64,000 bases of DNA from a phage. The DNA is taken from the NCBI GenBank assembly GCA_023551395.1, contig GCA_023551395.1_3945.1; one strand, 5' to 3'. Shown here one piece after another: positions 5,245-15,864 of this stretch (position 1 is the stretch's first letter; the number at the start of each line of letters is the position of its first letter). The position numbers and the translations under genes are program-made. Under the pieces are notes generated by a model. The model had not been told where the DNA came from. It ran no database searches and worked only from the letters and a program-made list of their open reading frames with translations.

Positions 5245-6846
5245 ATGGACTTAAATGCTGTTAAGCAGAAGCGAGTGGAAGATGTTAGGAAAGTCCTAGC
5301 TGGAGAGTTGGGGCTTTCTGATGAAGTAAAAGAAATTATCAAATCATTCGGTAAAGACCCCTCTAAATTCCTTCCAACTCAAATTCTGACTTTATTAAGA
5401 TACACACCAGACCAAGTTAGACTTATCTTCAAATTGATGACTGATAAGAACTATGTAGCCCCTCAGCCGGGTTCTCAAGAGGTCTTTTTAAATACTAATG
5501 CTGACTTGGTTCTTTATGGTGGTGCTGCTGGTGCTGGTAAAACTGCTGCATTGTTAATGGACTCTTTAAGATTTATTGAAGACCCTAACTATAATGCTGT
5601 ATATTTCCGTCGAAATACAACACAGTTACAAGGTGGTTTATGGCCTGCTGCAAAGAAACTATTTGGTAAGTTTGGTGGGGTTCCTCACGAGCAGAAGATG
5701 ACTATCACATTCCCTTCTGGGGCAACTATCAAGTTTACCTATCTAGAACTTGAAAAGCACGCTGAAGGTCATCAGGGTATTGAATACTCAGCTATTTACT
5801 TTGACGAAGGTACGCACTTCTCTGCTTCACAGATTTCATACCTACAGACTCGTCTACGTTCTGGGGCTGAAGGCGATTCATACATGAAGATTTCTATGAA
5901 CCCAGACAGAGACCATTTTATTTACGATTGGGTAGAACCTTTCTTAGATGAAGAAGGTTATCCAGACCCTGAAAAGTGTGGTCGTATTCGTTGGTATGTA
6001 ATGAATGATGGTGTGATGGTTTCTGATTGGGAGAGAGACAAGATTCTTGAAATGTTCCCTCTTGAGATTCCTCAAACATACACCTTTATCTCTGGTACGA
6101 TTGATGATAACCCAATCCTTGACTTCTTAGAACCTAAGTACCGTGGTAAGTTGGAAAACAACACCCCTGTAAACGTTGCAAGACTTCGTTTCGGTAACTG
6201 GAAGGCTCGTGCAGAAGGCTCAAACTACTGGCAAAGACAATGGTGTGAGATTGTTGATTCACTCCCAGAAGATGTATTTGATGTTAGAGCATGGGACTTA
6301 GCAGCAACTTTACCATCTGAGATTAACCCTAATCCAGACTGGACAGCAGGTGTTAAGATGGGTAAATCTAAAAAAGACGGTTGCTATTATATCATTGATG
6401 TAGTAAGATTTAGAGATAGACCCTCTGGAGTCGAAACACAAATTAATTTGACTGCTGAAAGTGACGGTAAGCGAACTGGTATTTTTATCCCTCAAGACCC
6501 AGGCGCTGCTGGTAAATCCTACGCAACATCCCTCATCAGGAAACTTGCCGAGAAAGGTTATCGAGCAAGAGCCAAACCAACAAATAAAGATAAAGTTACC
6601 CGCTTTGCGGGATTTTCTGCTGCTTCTGAAGCTGGACTTGTAAAAGTCTTGAGAGGTAGTTGGAACGAAGCTTATTTTCAAGAACTTGAAGGCTTTTGTG
6701 GTGACGGCAAAACTAAAGATGACCAAGTGGATGCTACCAGTGATGCTTTCAACAGTCTGAACGAAGTTAAATTATTCAAGCCACCATCAATGGGTGCTCA
6801 CACAGACTTAGTGAGAGGAAACCCATATGAGGGGCTTAGACGTTGA
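5245..6846 (+). CDS. terL: terminase large subunit
   Basis: Walker A-like VLYGGAAGAGKT near N-terminus plus acidic nuclease-type C-terminal half; start moved to ATG 5245 behind GGAGG (track start is TTG 5230). Confidence 0.9.
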   Translation: MDLNAVKQKRVEDVRKVLAGELGLSDEVKEIIKSFGKDPSKFLPTQILTLLRYTPDQVRLIFKLMTDKNYVAPQPGSQEVFLNTNADLVLYGGAAGAGKTAALLMDSLRFIEDPNYNAVYFRRNTTQLQGGLWPAAKKLFGKFGGVPHEQKMTITFPSGATIKFTYLELEKHAEGHQGIEYSAIYFDEGTHFSASQISYLQTRLRSGAEGDSYMKISMNPDRDHFIYDWVEPFLDEEGYPDPEKCGRIRWYVMNDGVMVSDWERDKILEMFPLEIPQTYTFISGTIDDNPILDFLEPKYRGKLENNTPVNVARLRFGNWKARAEGSNYWQRQWCEIVDSLPEDVFDVRAWDLAATLPSEINPNPDWTAGVKMGKSKKDGCYYIIDVVRFRDRPSGVETQINLTAESDGKRTGIFIPQDPGAAGKSYATSLIRKLAEKGYRARAKPTNKDKVTRFAGFSAASEAGLVKVLRGSWNEAYFQELEGFCGDGKTKDDQVDATSDAFNSLNEVKLFKPPSMGAHTDLVRGNPYEGLRR

Positions 6847-6862
6847 TAGCTAGGTGAGAAGA

Positions 6863-8329
6863 ATGGCAGATATTACAGAAACACAAGAAAGCTTACCACC
6901 ATTTAGAATGGGTGAAGTAGGTTCTTTGGGTCTGAAGGTTAAGAATGGAAGAATCTATGAAGAACCTCGTCAGGCACTAAGGTTCCCTGAAAGTATTAAA
7001 ACTTTCCAATTAATGATGCGTGACCCTGCTGTAGCAGCATCTGTAAATATTATTAAGATGTTTGTCAGAAAAGTCAACTGGAGATTCGTACCTCCAAAGG
7101 GAAAAGAGCAAGACCCTAAAATGCTTGAAAGAGCAGACTTCTTTAATTCTTTAATGGATGACATGGAGCATGATTGGGCAGATTTTATTAATTCTGTAAT
7201 GTCATTCTGCACTTATGGGTTCTGTGTTAACGAGAAAGTTTATAAGAAGCGACAGGGTAAAAAAGGAAAGTACCAGTCAAAATTTGATGATGGTCTAATT
7301 GGATGGGCTAAATTACCAATCAGAAACCAATCAACACTTGATAAGTGGTATTTTGACGAAGACTTTAGAAAAGTTACTGGTGTCAGACAGAATCTGAGAA
7401 ATGTTTCACATATTGCTGGAGCAATTAATCTTGGAGAAAGACCGCTAACAAGAAAACTCCCACGAGCTAAATTCATGCTGTTTAAGTATGATGATGAATA
7501 TGGAAACCCAGAAGGTCGTTCACCATTACTTAATGCCTATGTACCGTGGAAGTATAAAGTTCAGATTGAAGAGTACGAAGCTGTTGGTGTTTCAAGAGAC
7601 TTGGTAGGTATGCCAAAGATTGGTTTACCACCAGATTATCTGGATGAAAATGCAGAACCTGAAAAGAAAGCTTTCGTACAATACTGCAAAACTGTTGTTA
7701 ACGATATGATTGCTAATGATAGAGCAGGTTTAATCTGGCCTAGATATATCGACCCAGATACTAAAGAGGATATTTTCGAGTTCTCATTAGTTTCTAGACA
7801 GGGTGCTAAAGCATACGATACAGGTTCTATTATTGACAGATATTCCAAGCAGATTATGATGGCATTTATGTCAGATGTTCTTGCTATGGGTCAGTCAAAA
7901 TATGGTTCATTCTCTCTTGCAGATTCTAAGACAAGCTTACTAGCAATGTCAGTAGATATTCTGCTGAAGCAAATTAAGAACGTAATTAACCGTGATTTAG
8001 TTGCACAGACTTATGCTCTTAATATGTGGGATGATGAAGAACATGTACAAATCACATATGATGATATCGAAACTCCAGACCTTGAAGCAATTGGTTCTTA
8101 TATCCAGAAGACTGTTGCAGTAGGTGCTTTGGAAGTTGACAAAGAGCTATCTAACAAGCTTAGAGAGCATATTGGTCTTCCTCCTGCTGATGAGTCTCAA
8201 CCAGTATCTGAAAAGCTTTCTCCAAATAGCCAAAGCCGTTCAGGAGATGGTTATAAGACCGCTGGAGAAGGTACTGCAAAGACACCTTCAGCGAAAGACC
8301 CAAGCACAGCAAATAAGGCAAATAAATAA
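6863..8329 (+). CDS. portal protein
   Basis: ~490-aa ORF directly after terL, canonical gene order; start moved to ATG 6863 (track start GTG 6854); no motif-level confirmation. Confidence 0.7.
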   Translation: MADITETQESLPPFRMGEVGSLGLKVKNGRIYEEPRQALRFPESIKTFQLMMRDPAVAASVNIIKMFVRKVNWRFVPPKGKEQDPKMLERADFFNSLMDDMEHDWADFINSVMSFCTYGFCVNEKVYKKRQGKKGKYQSKFDDGLIGWAKLPIRNQSTLDKWYFDEDFRKVTGVRQNLRNVSHIAGAINLGERPLTRKLPRAKFMLFKYDDEYGNPEGRSPLLNAYVPWKYKVQIEEYEAVGVSRDLVGMPKIGLPPDYLDENAEPEKKAFVQYCKTVVNDMIANDRAGLIWPRYIDPDTKEDIFEFSLVSRQGAKAYDTGSIIDRYSKQIMMAFMSDVLAMGQSKYGSFSLADSKTSLLAMSVDILLKQIKNVINRDLVAQTYALNMWDDEEHVQITYDDIETPDLEAIGSYIQKTVAVGALEVDKELSNKLREHIGLPPADESQPVSEKLSPNSQSRSGDGYKTAGEGTAKTPSAKDPSTANKANK

Positions 8330-8829
8330 TGGCTGAAGTTATCTCTATTTCAAATGCTACACGAGTGCATTCGTATAGAGGTGTTCTTATTATCACTGAC
8401 AAATTATCTGTAGAGGCTGGCTCAAGGGTCAGCCTTTCAGGTTATGTAAGTGATGGTGGAACCTCTGACGTTTTCACTATTTGCAGGTTACTTGATGCAC
8501 CAATGAGTGGAAAACCGTTTATTTTAGGAAATTGTAGTGAAATTGTTAAAATTCCATTTGACAGTTCATGCCTTTTGGGTGTAAAGTTATATAACTGCGA
8601 GAATAAACGTATCAATGTTAATAGCATTGAAGCCGCTTTCATTACCCTCGACACTGCATTTCAATCTCCAATGACAGTTAATAAAGAAACAAACAGACTT
8701 GAGTACATTTTTTCACAAAATGATTACAAAGTACTTGTCAAAGGCAAAGTATATGATATGATTGTAAATGTGGTAGATGAATCTGGTAACCATTCAACAG
8801 TCCTTAAACAAAAAGTAAGGTTTAATTAA
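8329..8829 (+). CDS. hypothetical head-associated protein
   Basis: 166-aa ORF between portal and protease; ATGA overlap with portal stop. Confidence 0.4.
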   Translation: MAEVISISNATRVHSYRGVLIITDKLSVEAGSRVSLSGYVSDGGTSDVFTICRLLDAPMSGKPFILGNCSEIVKIPFDSSCLLGVKLYNCENKRINVNSIEAAFITLDTAFQSPMTVNKETNRLEYIFSQNDYKVLVKGKVYDMIVNVVDESGNHSTVLKQKVRFN

Positions 8830-9161
8830 TGGGAACATTAACTATTGATGGTAAGAATAAAATCCTCGCCACGCTAACCCCAACGACTATTATTTTACAC
8901 AATGTAGACCCAACGGCAGACCCTACAGCAAATAAGGTTACTCAGCCAGTGGCTATTTATTTTTCTGAACCGGATAATGGCTTAATTGCCTCAGAAGACA
9001 CAGTTAATATTACTGTCCCAGCTTCTGCAACGGTCTCACACTATAGCTTGTGGGATGCTAACGATAAATGCGTGGCAACTGGTGCTCTTAGCAAACCTCA
9101 ATTCTTCGCTGAAGAAGGTATCTATGTTATCTCTTCAGTCTCTGTAGATTTAAACAAATAG
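8829..9161 (+). CDS. hypothetical protein
   Basis: 110-aa ORF, TAATG coupling to upstream gene. Confidence 0.4.
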   Translation: MGTLTIDGKNKILATLTPTTIILHNVDPTADPTANKVTQPVAIYFSEPDNGLIASEDTVNITVPASATVSHYSLWDANDKCVATGALSKPQFFAEEGIYVISSVSVDLNK

Positions 9162-9172
9162 GGTGAGTAAAA

Positions 9173-10519
9173 ATGAGTTCGAATATCTTCAGACTTGCTG
9201 ATAGATTATTCAACCAACCTTTACTAGCCACTGAATCATTAGCTCACTCAGCAGCAACTTATGTGAATAACAGATTGCTGGGTGATGTCCAAGCAGCAGT
9301 AAACTTTGATAAACCCAAAGGTGAAGCAAGAAGTCTTTTAAAAGTAAAAGATGACATTGCTATTATTCCTATTATGGGTGGTTTAACCCATCGTATGACA
9401 TTCATTGATGCAATGTGTACAGGTGGATTAAGCTCTTATGAAGGTTTGCGTAGAGGCTTTGACGAAGCTTTAGCAGATGAGTCAATCAAGACTATTGTTC
9501 TGCACATCGATTCTGGTGGTGGTGAAGCTTCAGGTTGCTTTGAATTAGCACGTCACATTATGGCTTCAAGAGGCCAAAAGAAAATTATTGCTTATGTAGA
9601 TGAGTTCGCTTGTTCCGCTGCATACGCTCTTGCATCTTCTGCTGAAGAAATTATTGCATCACCAGATGCAGATGTTGGTTCTATTGGTGTAATTATGGTT
9701 CATCAGGAATTAACTAAGGCATTTGAAAAGAATGGCGTAACAATTAACGTCATCAAAGCTGGTGAGTTTAAAGGTATGGGTTCACCATTCCAAGCACTCT
9801 CAGAAGAAAGCAAAGAAAGACTTCAAAAGAGAATTAATGATACCTACGCAACCTTTACAGGTTTTGTAGCCGAATCTCGTAATCTCTCTGAAGAAGCTGT
9901 AAAGAATACTGAGGCGAATGTTTATTCTGCTCAGGAAGCTCTTGAACTTGGTTTAATTAACTCAATCATGTCTCAAGATGATTTCTTAAATTACTTACAA
10001 GGTTCTGAAGAGGCTCCTGTAAGTTTAAACGTTAACAATTCAGGTGAAGAAATGACTGAACAAGAAAAGCAAGAACTAGAAGCTTTGCGTCTTCAGGTTG
10101 CTCAAATGAAAGCTAAAGAACAGGAAGCTGCTTTGTCAGATTTGACTAATAAGATTTCTGCTTCTGCTGAAGCTTTTGGATTTGATGCAAAAGAAGCTGC
10201 AACGACTATTTTAGGTGCTGGTCTTGATAACCCTCTGAGTGTTCTGTTTATGAATGCTATGGAAGGTGCTAACCAGAAACTTAATGAAACTATCGCGTCC
10301 CATGCTTCTGCAATGGAAGAAAAAGAATCAGAAATTACCAAGCTGAAAGAAACTGCTGGTGCTGTTCTTGAACATTCTAATGCTATGGAAGAAATGGGTA
10401 ATGACGGCGAAGCTGATTTGGTTGAAGAAGAAAAAGAACCAGCTAAGAATGCTTCCGAAGACACCGCTGAACAACGCAAACTGGCTCTCCAGAATGCTCT
10501 AAAATCTCTTATCAAATAA
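9173..10519 (+). CDS. prohead protease fused to scaffold-like C-terminal domain
   Basis: N-terminal half resembles ClpP/S49-type serine peptidases (VLHIDSGGGEASG, IIAYVDEFACSAAYALAS); C-terminal ~150 aa acidic and Ala/Glu-rich, coiled-coil-like. Confidence 0.65.
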   Translation: MSSNIFRLADRLFNQPLLATESLAHSAATYVNNRLLGDVQAAVNFDKPKGEARSLLKVKDDIAIIPIMGGLTHRMTFIDAMCTGGLSSYEGLRRGFDEALADESIKTIVLHIDSGGGEASGCFELARHIMASRGQKKIIAYVDEFACSAAYALASSAEEIIASPDADVGSIGVIMVHQELTKAFEKNGVTINVIKAGEFKGMGSPFQALSEESKERLQKRINDTYATFTGFVAESRNLSEEAVKNTEANVYSAQEALELGLINSIMSQDDFLNYLQGSEEAPVSLNVNNSGEEMTEQEKQELEALRLQVAQMKAKEQEAALSDLTNKISASAEAFGFDAKEAATTILGAGLDNPLSVLFMNAMEGANQKLNETIASHASAMEEKESEITKLKETAGAVLEHSNAMEEMGNDGEADLVEEEKEPAKNASEDTAEQRKLALQNALKSLIK

Positions 10520-10530
10520 GGAACACAATA

Positions 10531-10908
10531 ATGGCATATCAAGGTTTTACTAAGTTAGGTAACAGAGAACCTCTGAATGATATCATTCTTTGGGAACAGA
10601 TTACCCCAACAGGCCACTCTCGTAAAGAGTACACTCCAGTTGCTTCAACAGAATACCGTGTAGGTGAAGTTCTGAAAGCAGATGGTACTAAGGTACAAGC
10701 TGGAGAAGAAGCACAAGCAGACTCTGTATGTATCGTTAATTTCTACGCAGACCTGCAACTGTCTTACCACGGTCAGTTGAAAGTTGTTGGTATTCACCGT
10801 GACGCAGAACTAAAAGACCTGCTTACTCTTGAATCAGGTGTTGATGCTGATGCAGTCAAGACAGCTCTGGCTGCTAAAGGTATTGATTTCGTACCAACTG
10901 GCCTGTAA
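10531..10908 (+). CDS. small head protein (possible decoration or scaffold-associated)
   Basis: 125-aa ORF between protease and capsid gene; assignment by position only. Confidence 0.3.
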   Translation: MAYQGFTKLGNREPLNDIILWEQITPTGHSRKEYTPVASTEYRVGEVLKADGTKVQAGEEAQADSVCIVNFYADLQLSYHGQLKVVGIHRDAELKDLLTLESGVDADAVKTALAAKGIDFVPTGL

Positions 10909-10941
10909 TAACAATAATAAGACATTCTGGAGAATTTTACA

Positions 10942-12051
10942 ATGTTGACTAATTCTGAAAAAAGCAGATTTTTCCTTGCTGACCTGACTGGTGAAGTCCA
11001 GTCTATCCCAAACACTTATGGGTATATTTCCAACTTAGGTCTATTCCGTTCAGCACCAATCACCCAAACTACTTTCCTTATGGACTTGACTGATTGGGAT
11101 GTTAGCTTGCTTGATGCGGTAGACCGTGATAGCCGTAAAGCAGAGACTAGCGCACCTGAGCGTGTTCGTCAAATCAGCTTCCCAATGATGTACTTCAAAG
11201 AAGTTGAAAGCATTACTCCTGATGAGATTCAGGGTGTACGTCAGCCAGGCACTGCAAACGAACTGACTACTGAAGCTGTAGTACGTGCCAAGAAGCTGAT
11301 GAAGATTCGTACCAAGTTCGATATTACTCGTGAGTTCCTGTTTATGCAAGCTCTGAAGGGTAAAGTTGTTGATGCTCGTGGTACTCTGTACGCTGACCTG
11401 TACAAGCAGTTTGACGTTGAGAAGAAGACTGTTTACTTCGACCTTGACAACCCTAATGCTGACATTGACGCTTCTATTGAAGAACTGCGTATGCACATGG
11501 AAGACGAAGCTAAGACTGGCACTGTAATCAACGGTGAAGAAATTCACGTAGTTGTTGACCGTGTATTCTTCAGCAAACTGGTTAAGCATCCTAAGATTCG
11601 TGACGCTTATCTTGCACAGCAGACTCCACTTGCTTGGCAACAGATTACTGGTTCTCTGAGAACTGGTGGTACTGACGGCGTTCAGGCTCATATGAACACC
11701 TTCTACTACGGTGGTGTTAAGTTTGTCCAGTACAACGGTAAGTTCAAAGACAAGCGTGGTAAAGTTCACACTCTGGTTAGCATTGATGGTGTTACTCAGG
11801 ATGGAACTGTAGGTGTAGGACATGCTTTCCCTAACGTTTCTATGCTGGGTGAAGCAAACAACATCTTCGAAGTGGCATATGGCCCATGTCCTAAGATGGG
11901 TTATGCGAATACACTTGGTCAGGAACTATACGTATTCGAATACGAAAAAGACCGTGACGAAGGTATCGACTTTGAAGCTCACTCTTACATGCTGCCATAC
12001 TGTACTCGTCCTCAGTTGCTGGTAGATGTTCGTTCTGACGCTAAAGACTAA
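10942..12051 (+). CDS. major capsid protein
   Basis: 369-aa ORF after protease/scaffold, GGAG ribosome-binding site, codon usage typical of highly expressed gene; assignment by order and size. Confidence 0.65.
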   Translation: MLTNSEKSRFFLADLTGEVQSIPNTYGYISNLGLFRSAPITQTTFLMDLTDWDVSLLDAVDRDSRKAETSAPERVRQISFPMMYFKEVESITPDEIQGVRQPGTANELTTEAVVRAKKLMKIRTKFDITREFLFMQALKGKVVDARGTLYADLYKQFDVEKKTVYFDLDNPNADIDASIEELRMHMEDEAKTGTVINGEEIHVVVDRVFFSKLVKHPKIRDAYLAQQTPLAWQQITGSLRTGGTDGVQAHMNTFYYGGVKFVQYNGKFKDKRGKVHTLVSIDGVTQDGTVGVGHAFPNVSMLGEANNIFEVAYGPCPKMGYANTLGQELYVFEYEKDRDEGIDFEAHSYMLPYCTRPQLLVDVRSDAKD

Positions 12052-12072
12052 TATTCTTAAGGAGGGTTATGA

Positions 12073-12522
12073 ATGTGTTATACAGGCGACCCAGCCAATA
12101 ACCCTCTTGATAGAGTAAGAATCCTCTGCACAGACACCAATAATGACGAAATTCTTATTGAACAGTCTGTGCTAGAGTGGTTCTACCTAGAATCTGGAAA
12201 GGATGAAAAGAAAGCAGCCATCAAAGCTCTTAAATATTTACTCTTTCAAGTAGCCAAGATGGGAGATGAGAAGGTTGGTGGTGTTTATTTACGTAACTCT
12301 TCCAGATTCAAGTCTCTGAAAGCTGTTTATGACGACCTTGTTAAAAGCTCTGTTTCAGGACTACCCTATGCAGGTGGTATTAATCAGTGTGATATTGACA
12401 TGCGTCGTCAGAATCCTTGCTCTGTCAAGAAATACACAGAATATGGTGATGCTGCCAGATACGAAGGCAGAGATTACTGCAACCGTGTTAATGGCGTATT
12501 TATTATCGAGCGAGATGAATAA
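12073..12522 (+). CDS. hypothetical head-tail joining protein
   Basis: 149-aa ORF in head-completion slot; GGAGGG ribosome-binding site. Confidence 0.4.
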   Translation: MCYTGDPANNPLDRVRILCTDTNNDEILIEQSVLEWFYLESGKDEKKAAIKALKYLLFQVAKMGDEKVGGVYLRNSSRFKSLKAVYDDLVKSSVSGLPYAGGINQCDIDMRRQNPCSVKKYTEYGDAARYEGRDYCNRVNGVFIIERDE

Positions 12523-13004
12523 TGGTTAAAAGGGTTATTCACCCCGCGAGAGCAAAATTAGTCGGGGCTATGAAGAACTTGCAAACGGCTAATGCTCAAG
12601 TTGGGTATTTTCAAGAACAAGGTCAACATAGCTCTGGTTTTTCTTATCCTGCTTTAATGTATTTACAAGAAGTTATTGGTGTTCCTTCAGCTTCTGGTAA
12701 AGTATATCGTAGGTTGTTTGAAATCACTATGATGCTAAACAAACAGACCTTGTTAGAGCAGACTAAGAAGAATCTATATAAGCAACTTAGCAGTCTCAAC
12801 ACAGACCCTTCAAATACCTTAGAAGCATTTGCAAAGAATGCTCAAAAGGCAATTAAAAGGGGTTTTGGTAATTCTGCTATCCTCCCTCCTAACGCACCTT
12901 CCACAGTCAAGAAAAAAGGCTTTAATGCACCTCTTGTTGAGACAGGTGACTTAAGAGATAACCTTGCTTATAAAATTTCTACTAAGAAGGGTATTAAGAA
13001 ATGA
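12522..13004 (+). CDS. hypothetical head-tail joining protein
   Basis: 160-aa ORF, ATGA-type overlap with neighbours. Confidence 0.4.
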   Translation: MVKRVIHPARAKLVGAMKNLQTANAQVGYFQEQGQHSSGFSYPALMYLQEVIGVPSASGKVYRRLFEITMMLNKQTLLEQTKKNLYKQLSSLNTDPSNTLEAFAKNAQKAIKRGFGNSAILPPNAPSTVKKKGFNAPLVETGDLRDNLAYKISTKKGIKK

Positions 13005-13402
13005 GACTCTTAAACAGACACAGCTTTGTAGTAAAGCGTAAAGTCTCTGAAGACGGTTATTATAATGATGATGGTGATTGGGTAGCTTCACAAGATGTTG
13101 TAGAGGTTAACTGTAAAGGTAATATCCAGCCATATATCAAAGGTTCTGTAAAGAATGGTACACAGATTGCTTTACCGGAAGGTATTAGGCTTACCGATAC
13201 AAGAATCCTGTATACCACATATAAACTTAGAACTTCAGATGATGTAGAGTGGAATGAGTCTGACATTGTTATGATTGATGGTCATGAGTATGAAGTATTT
13301 ATGACTATGGATTGGTCACAGCAATTAGCCCATACATCCCATTATGAATATATCATTATTAGAAGGGATAAAATGAATGCAGTTAGAAACAGCAGAACTT
13401 GA
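13001..13402 (+). CDS. hypothetical head-tail joining protein
   Basis: 133-aa ORF, overlapping start/stop with neighbours. Confidence 0.4.
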   Translation: MRLLNRHSFVVKRKVSEDGYYNDDGDWVASQDVVEVNCKGNIQPYIKGSVKNGTQIALPEGIRLTDTRILYTTYKLRTSDDVEWNESDIVMIDGHEYEVFMTMDWSQQLAHTSHYEYIIIRRDKMNAVRNSRT

Positions 13403-13976
13403 AAAAGGTCTAGTTAGAACCTTAGTGGATGTTATTGGTCACAGACTAGCTCGTGATAAGAATAATAGACCAAATGTAATTAGAGCTTACCCTTCTGATA
13501 ACTCAAATGACAAAGGTTTAAAACCTGACCAGCCATTTATTACCGTATATTGTCAAGATGCTGCAACACCTTATGGTTGGGTTCTTGATAAGTTTGTTGA
13601 GGATGATGTAGTTTGCTACAGAATTGCTTTTCAGATTCCTGTATTAATTACGGTGAATGGTAAAGGTGCTCACAGTATTATGCTTGAGCTTAAACAACGA
13701 TTAGAGATGAGTTCAGTCAGAGATTTAATCCTTGAAGAAACAGGAGCTACAGTACTGGACACTGGAGCTATCCCGAATGACTATACTTATCTCAATACAG
13801 ATTTCGAAAATTCTGCACCTCTTGTTGTAACTCTTGTAAAAAACTCAGTCCTGAAGGATGAACGTGGAAGTATTATTGAGCGTGTCATTGTTGATGGTGA
13901 GTTGGTTTATGAAGAAGGACAAGAGCCACCAGAATATACTATCCATCTAGATGTAGACTCCAAAGGGGTAAAATAA
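13377..13976 (+). CDS. hypothetical tail completion protein
   Basis: 199-aa ORF immediately before putative sheath gene. Confidence 0.4.
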   Translation: MQLETAELEKGLVRTLVDVIGHRLARDKNNRPNVIRAYPSDNSNDKGLKPDQPFITVYCQDAATPYGWVLDKFVEDDVVCYRIAFQIPVLITVNGKGAHSIMLELKQRLEMSSVRDLILEETGATVLDTGAIPNDYTYLNTDFENSAPLVVTLVKNSVLKDERGSIIERVIVDGELVYEEGQEPPEYTIHLDVDSKGVK

Positions 13977-15329
13977 ATGTGGAATCCAATTGTTAATGTA
14001 GATATTACATTGAACACCGCAGGAACTACAAGAGAAGGTTTTGGTTTGCCACTATTCTTAGCTTCAACAGATAATTTTGAAGAAAGAGTACGTGGTTACA
14101 CTTCCTTAACTGAAGTTGCTGAAGATTTCGATGAAAACTCTGCTGCATATAAGGCTGCTAAACAACTTTGGAGCCAGACTCCTAAAGTAACTCAGCTTTA
14201 TATTGGTAGACGTGCTATGCAGTACACTGTATCAATTCCTGATGCCGTTACCGAAAGTACAGACTACTCAATTACTGTAGCTGCTGGCGGTGGAATTTCT
14301 CAACCATACCAGTATACAGCACAAGATTCAGACACTGCTGAGGTAGTGTTGCAACAGTTTAAAACACAGATTGAAGCTGACCCAACAATCAAAGATAAGG
14401 TTTCTGTGAATGTAACTGGTAGCAATGGCTCTGCCACAATGATTATTACCAAAGCTGGTGATAATGACTTTGTGAAAGTAACAACCACAGCACAGACTGT
14501 ATACATTGCAAGTACAACTGCCGATACAGCATCAACTGCTCTGGCAGCTATCGAAGCTTATTCTACCGACTGGTATTTCATTGCAGCAGAAGACAGAACT
14601 CAACAGTTTATCTTAGCAATGGCTTCTGAGATTCAGGCTCGTAAGAAAATCTTCTTTACGGCTAACTCCGATGTAACAGCCCTACAAGGTACAGAATTAG
14701 CCAGTGCAAATGATGTTCCAGCACAGCTTGCTAAGAATATGTACACTCGTACAGTTTGCTTGTGGCATCACGCAGCAGCAGAAGATTATCCAGAGATGGC
14801 ATACATTGCTTATGGTGCTCCATATGATGCAGGCTCAATTGCTTGGGGTAATGCTCAGCTAACTGGCGTAGCAGCTTCTCTACAACCATCTAATCAGAGA
14901 CCTCTGACAAGTATTCAGAAGTCTGCTTTAGATGTACGTCACTGTAACTTTATTGACCTTGATGGTGGTGTTCCAGTGGTTCGTAGAGGGATTACTTCTG
15001 GTGGGGAATGGATTGATATCGTCCGTGGTGTTGACTGGTTAGAATCAGACCTGAAAACTTCTCTGAGAGACTTGCTAATTAACCAGAAGGGTGGTAAGAT
15101 TACTTATGATGATACTGGTATTACCCGTATTCGTCAAGTCATTGAAACCTCTCTGCAAAGAGCAGTCAACAGAAACTTCCTGTCATCTTACACAGTTAAT
15201 GTTCCTAAAGCCTCTCAAGTTGCTTTGGCAGACAAGAAAGCACGTATCCTGAAAGACGTTACCTTCGCAGGTATCTTAGCAGGGGCTATCTTGGATGTTG
15301 ACTTGAAAGGTACAGTGGCTTACGAATAA
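13977..15329 (+). CDS. tail sheath protein (putative)
   Basis: 450-aa ORF followed by a ~150-aa ORF, a strong terminator, two small ORFs and tape measure; myovirus-type order. Confidence 0.5.
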   Translation: MWNPIVNVDITLNTAGTTREGFGLPLFLASTDNFEERVRGYTSLTEVAEDFDENSAAYKAAKQLWSQTPKVTQLYIGRRAMQYTVSIPDAVTESTDYSITVAAGGGISQPYQYTAQDSDTAEVVLQQFKTQIEADPTIKDKVSVNVTGSNGSATMIITKAGDNDFVKVTTTAQTVYIASTTADTASTALAAIEAYSTDWYFIAAEDRTQQFILAMASEIQARKKIFFTANSDVTALQGTELASANDVPAQLAKNMYTRTVCLWHHAAAEDYPEMAYIAYGAPYDAGSIAWGNAQLTGVAASLQPSNQRPLTSIQKSALDVRHCNFIDLDGGVPVVRRGITSGGEWIDIVRGVDWLESDLKTSLRDLLINQKGGKITYDDTGITRIRQVIETSLQRAVNRNFLSSYTVNVPKASQVALADKKARILKDVTFAGILAGAILDVDLKGTVAYE

Positions 15330-15344
15330 TAGAGGTAAATTGGA

Positions 15345-15791
15345 ATGGCTATGTATCAGCAATATTCCCCTAAAGACGTTGTATGTAGCTGGAATGGTAT
15401 TGCCATTGAAGGCTTTGCCCCAGACTCATTCTTGCGTCTACAGAGAACATCACCACTTGTGACACCAGTTGTTGGTGCAGGTGGTCAGGTTGCTCTGACA
15501 AGAAATGCAGACAAGACAGGTACTATTGAGATTGAGTTAATGCAGACTTCTCTCTCTAACCAGATGCTTTCTGCAATTCAAGCTAAACAAGACAATATGG
15601 AACTTGAAGAAGATATCTCTTCTAACTTCGTAATCTACGACCCATCAGGCTCTGTTCTGGCAACTGGTATTAATGCTTGGTTGCAGGAATTACCACAGAT
15701 TGAACTTGGTCGTGACCAGAACTCTAAAACTTGGATTTTTGGTTGTGAGAAGCTAGACTACACTTCTACAATTCCAGCGTCAAGTGTTTAA
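15345..15791 (+). CDS. tail tube protein (putative)
   Basis: 148-aa ORF after sheath candidate and before strong terminator. Confidence 0.5.
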   Translation: MAMYQQYSPKDVVCSWNGIAIEGFAPDSFLRLQRTSPLVTPVVGAGGQVALTRNADKTGTIEIELMQTSLSNQMLSAIQAKQDNMELEEDISSNFVIYDPSGSVLATGINAWLQELPQIELGRDQNSKTWIFGCEKLDYTSTIPASSV

Positions 15792-15803
15792 TAAATCCTA
15801 TAA

Positions 15804-15838
15804 GGGGGAGACTTTAAAAGGTCTTCCCCTTTTTTGTT
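15804..15838 (+). terminator. intrinsic terminator after tube gene
   Basis: GC-rich stem GGGGAGAC/GTCTTCCCC with loop TTTAAAA followed by TTTTTT. Confidence 0.75.
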
Positions 15839-15864
15839 TCTTTTAAAAGTATTAAGGAATCACA

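Noticed and set aside
6310-6726. Antisense ORFs inside long genes (e.g. 6310-6726, 10102-10542, 11050-11823, 23442-23969, 38790-39194, 39249-39638, 60247-60717)
   Set aside because: Each lies wholly inside a much longer, motif-supported gene on the opposite strand; compositionally odd (Ser/Leu/Cys-rich); typical shadow ORFs.
5230-6846. ORF-track start coordinates using TTG/GTG (e.g. terL 5230, portal 6854, polymerase 39959, nrdB 51490)
   Set aside because: An in-frame ATG with a clear ribosome-binding site lies a few codons downstream in each case, or the extension overlaps the upstream gene, so the shorter versions were annotated.
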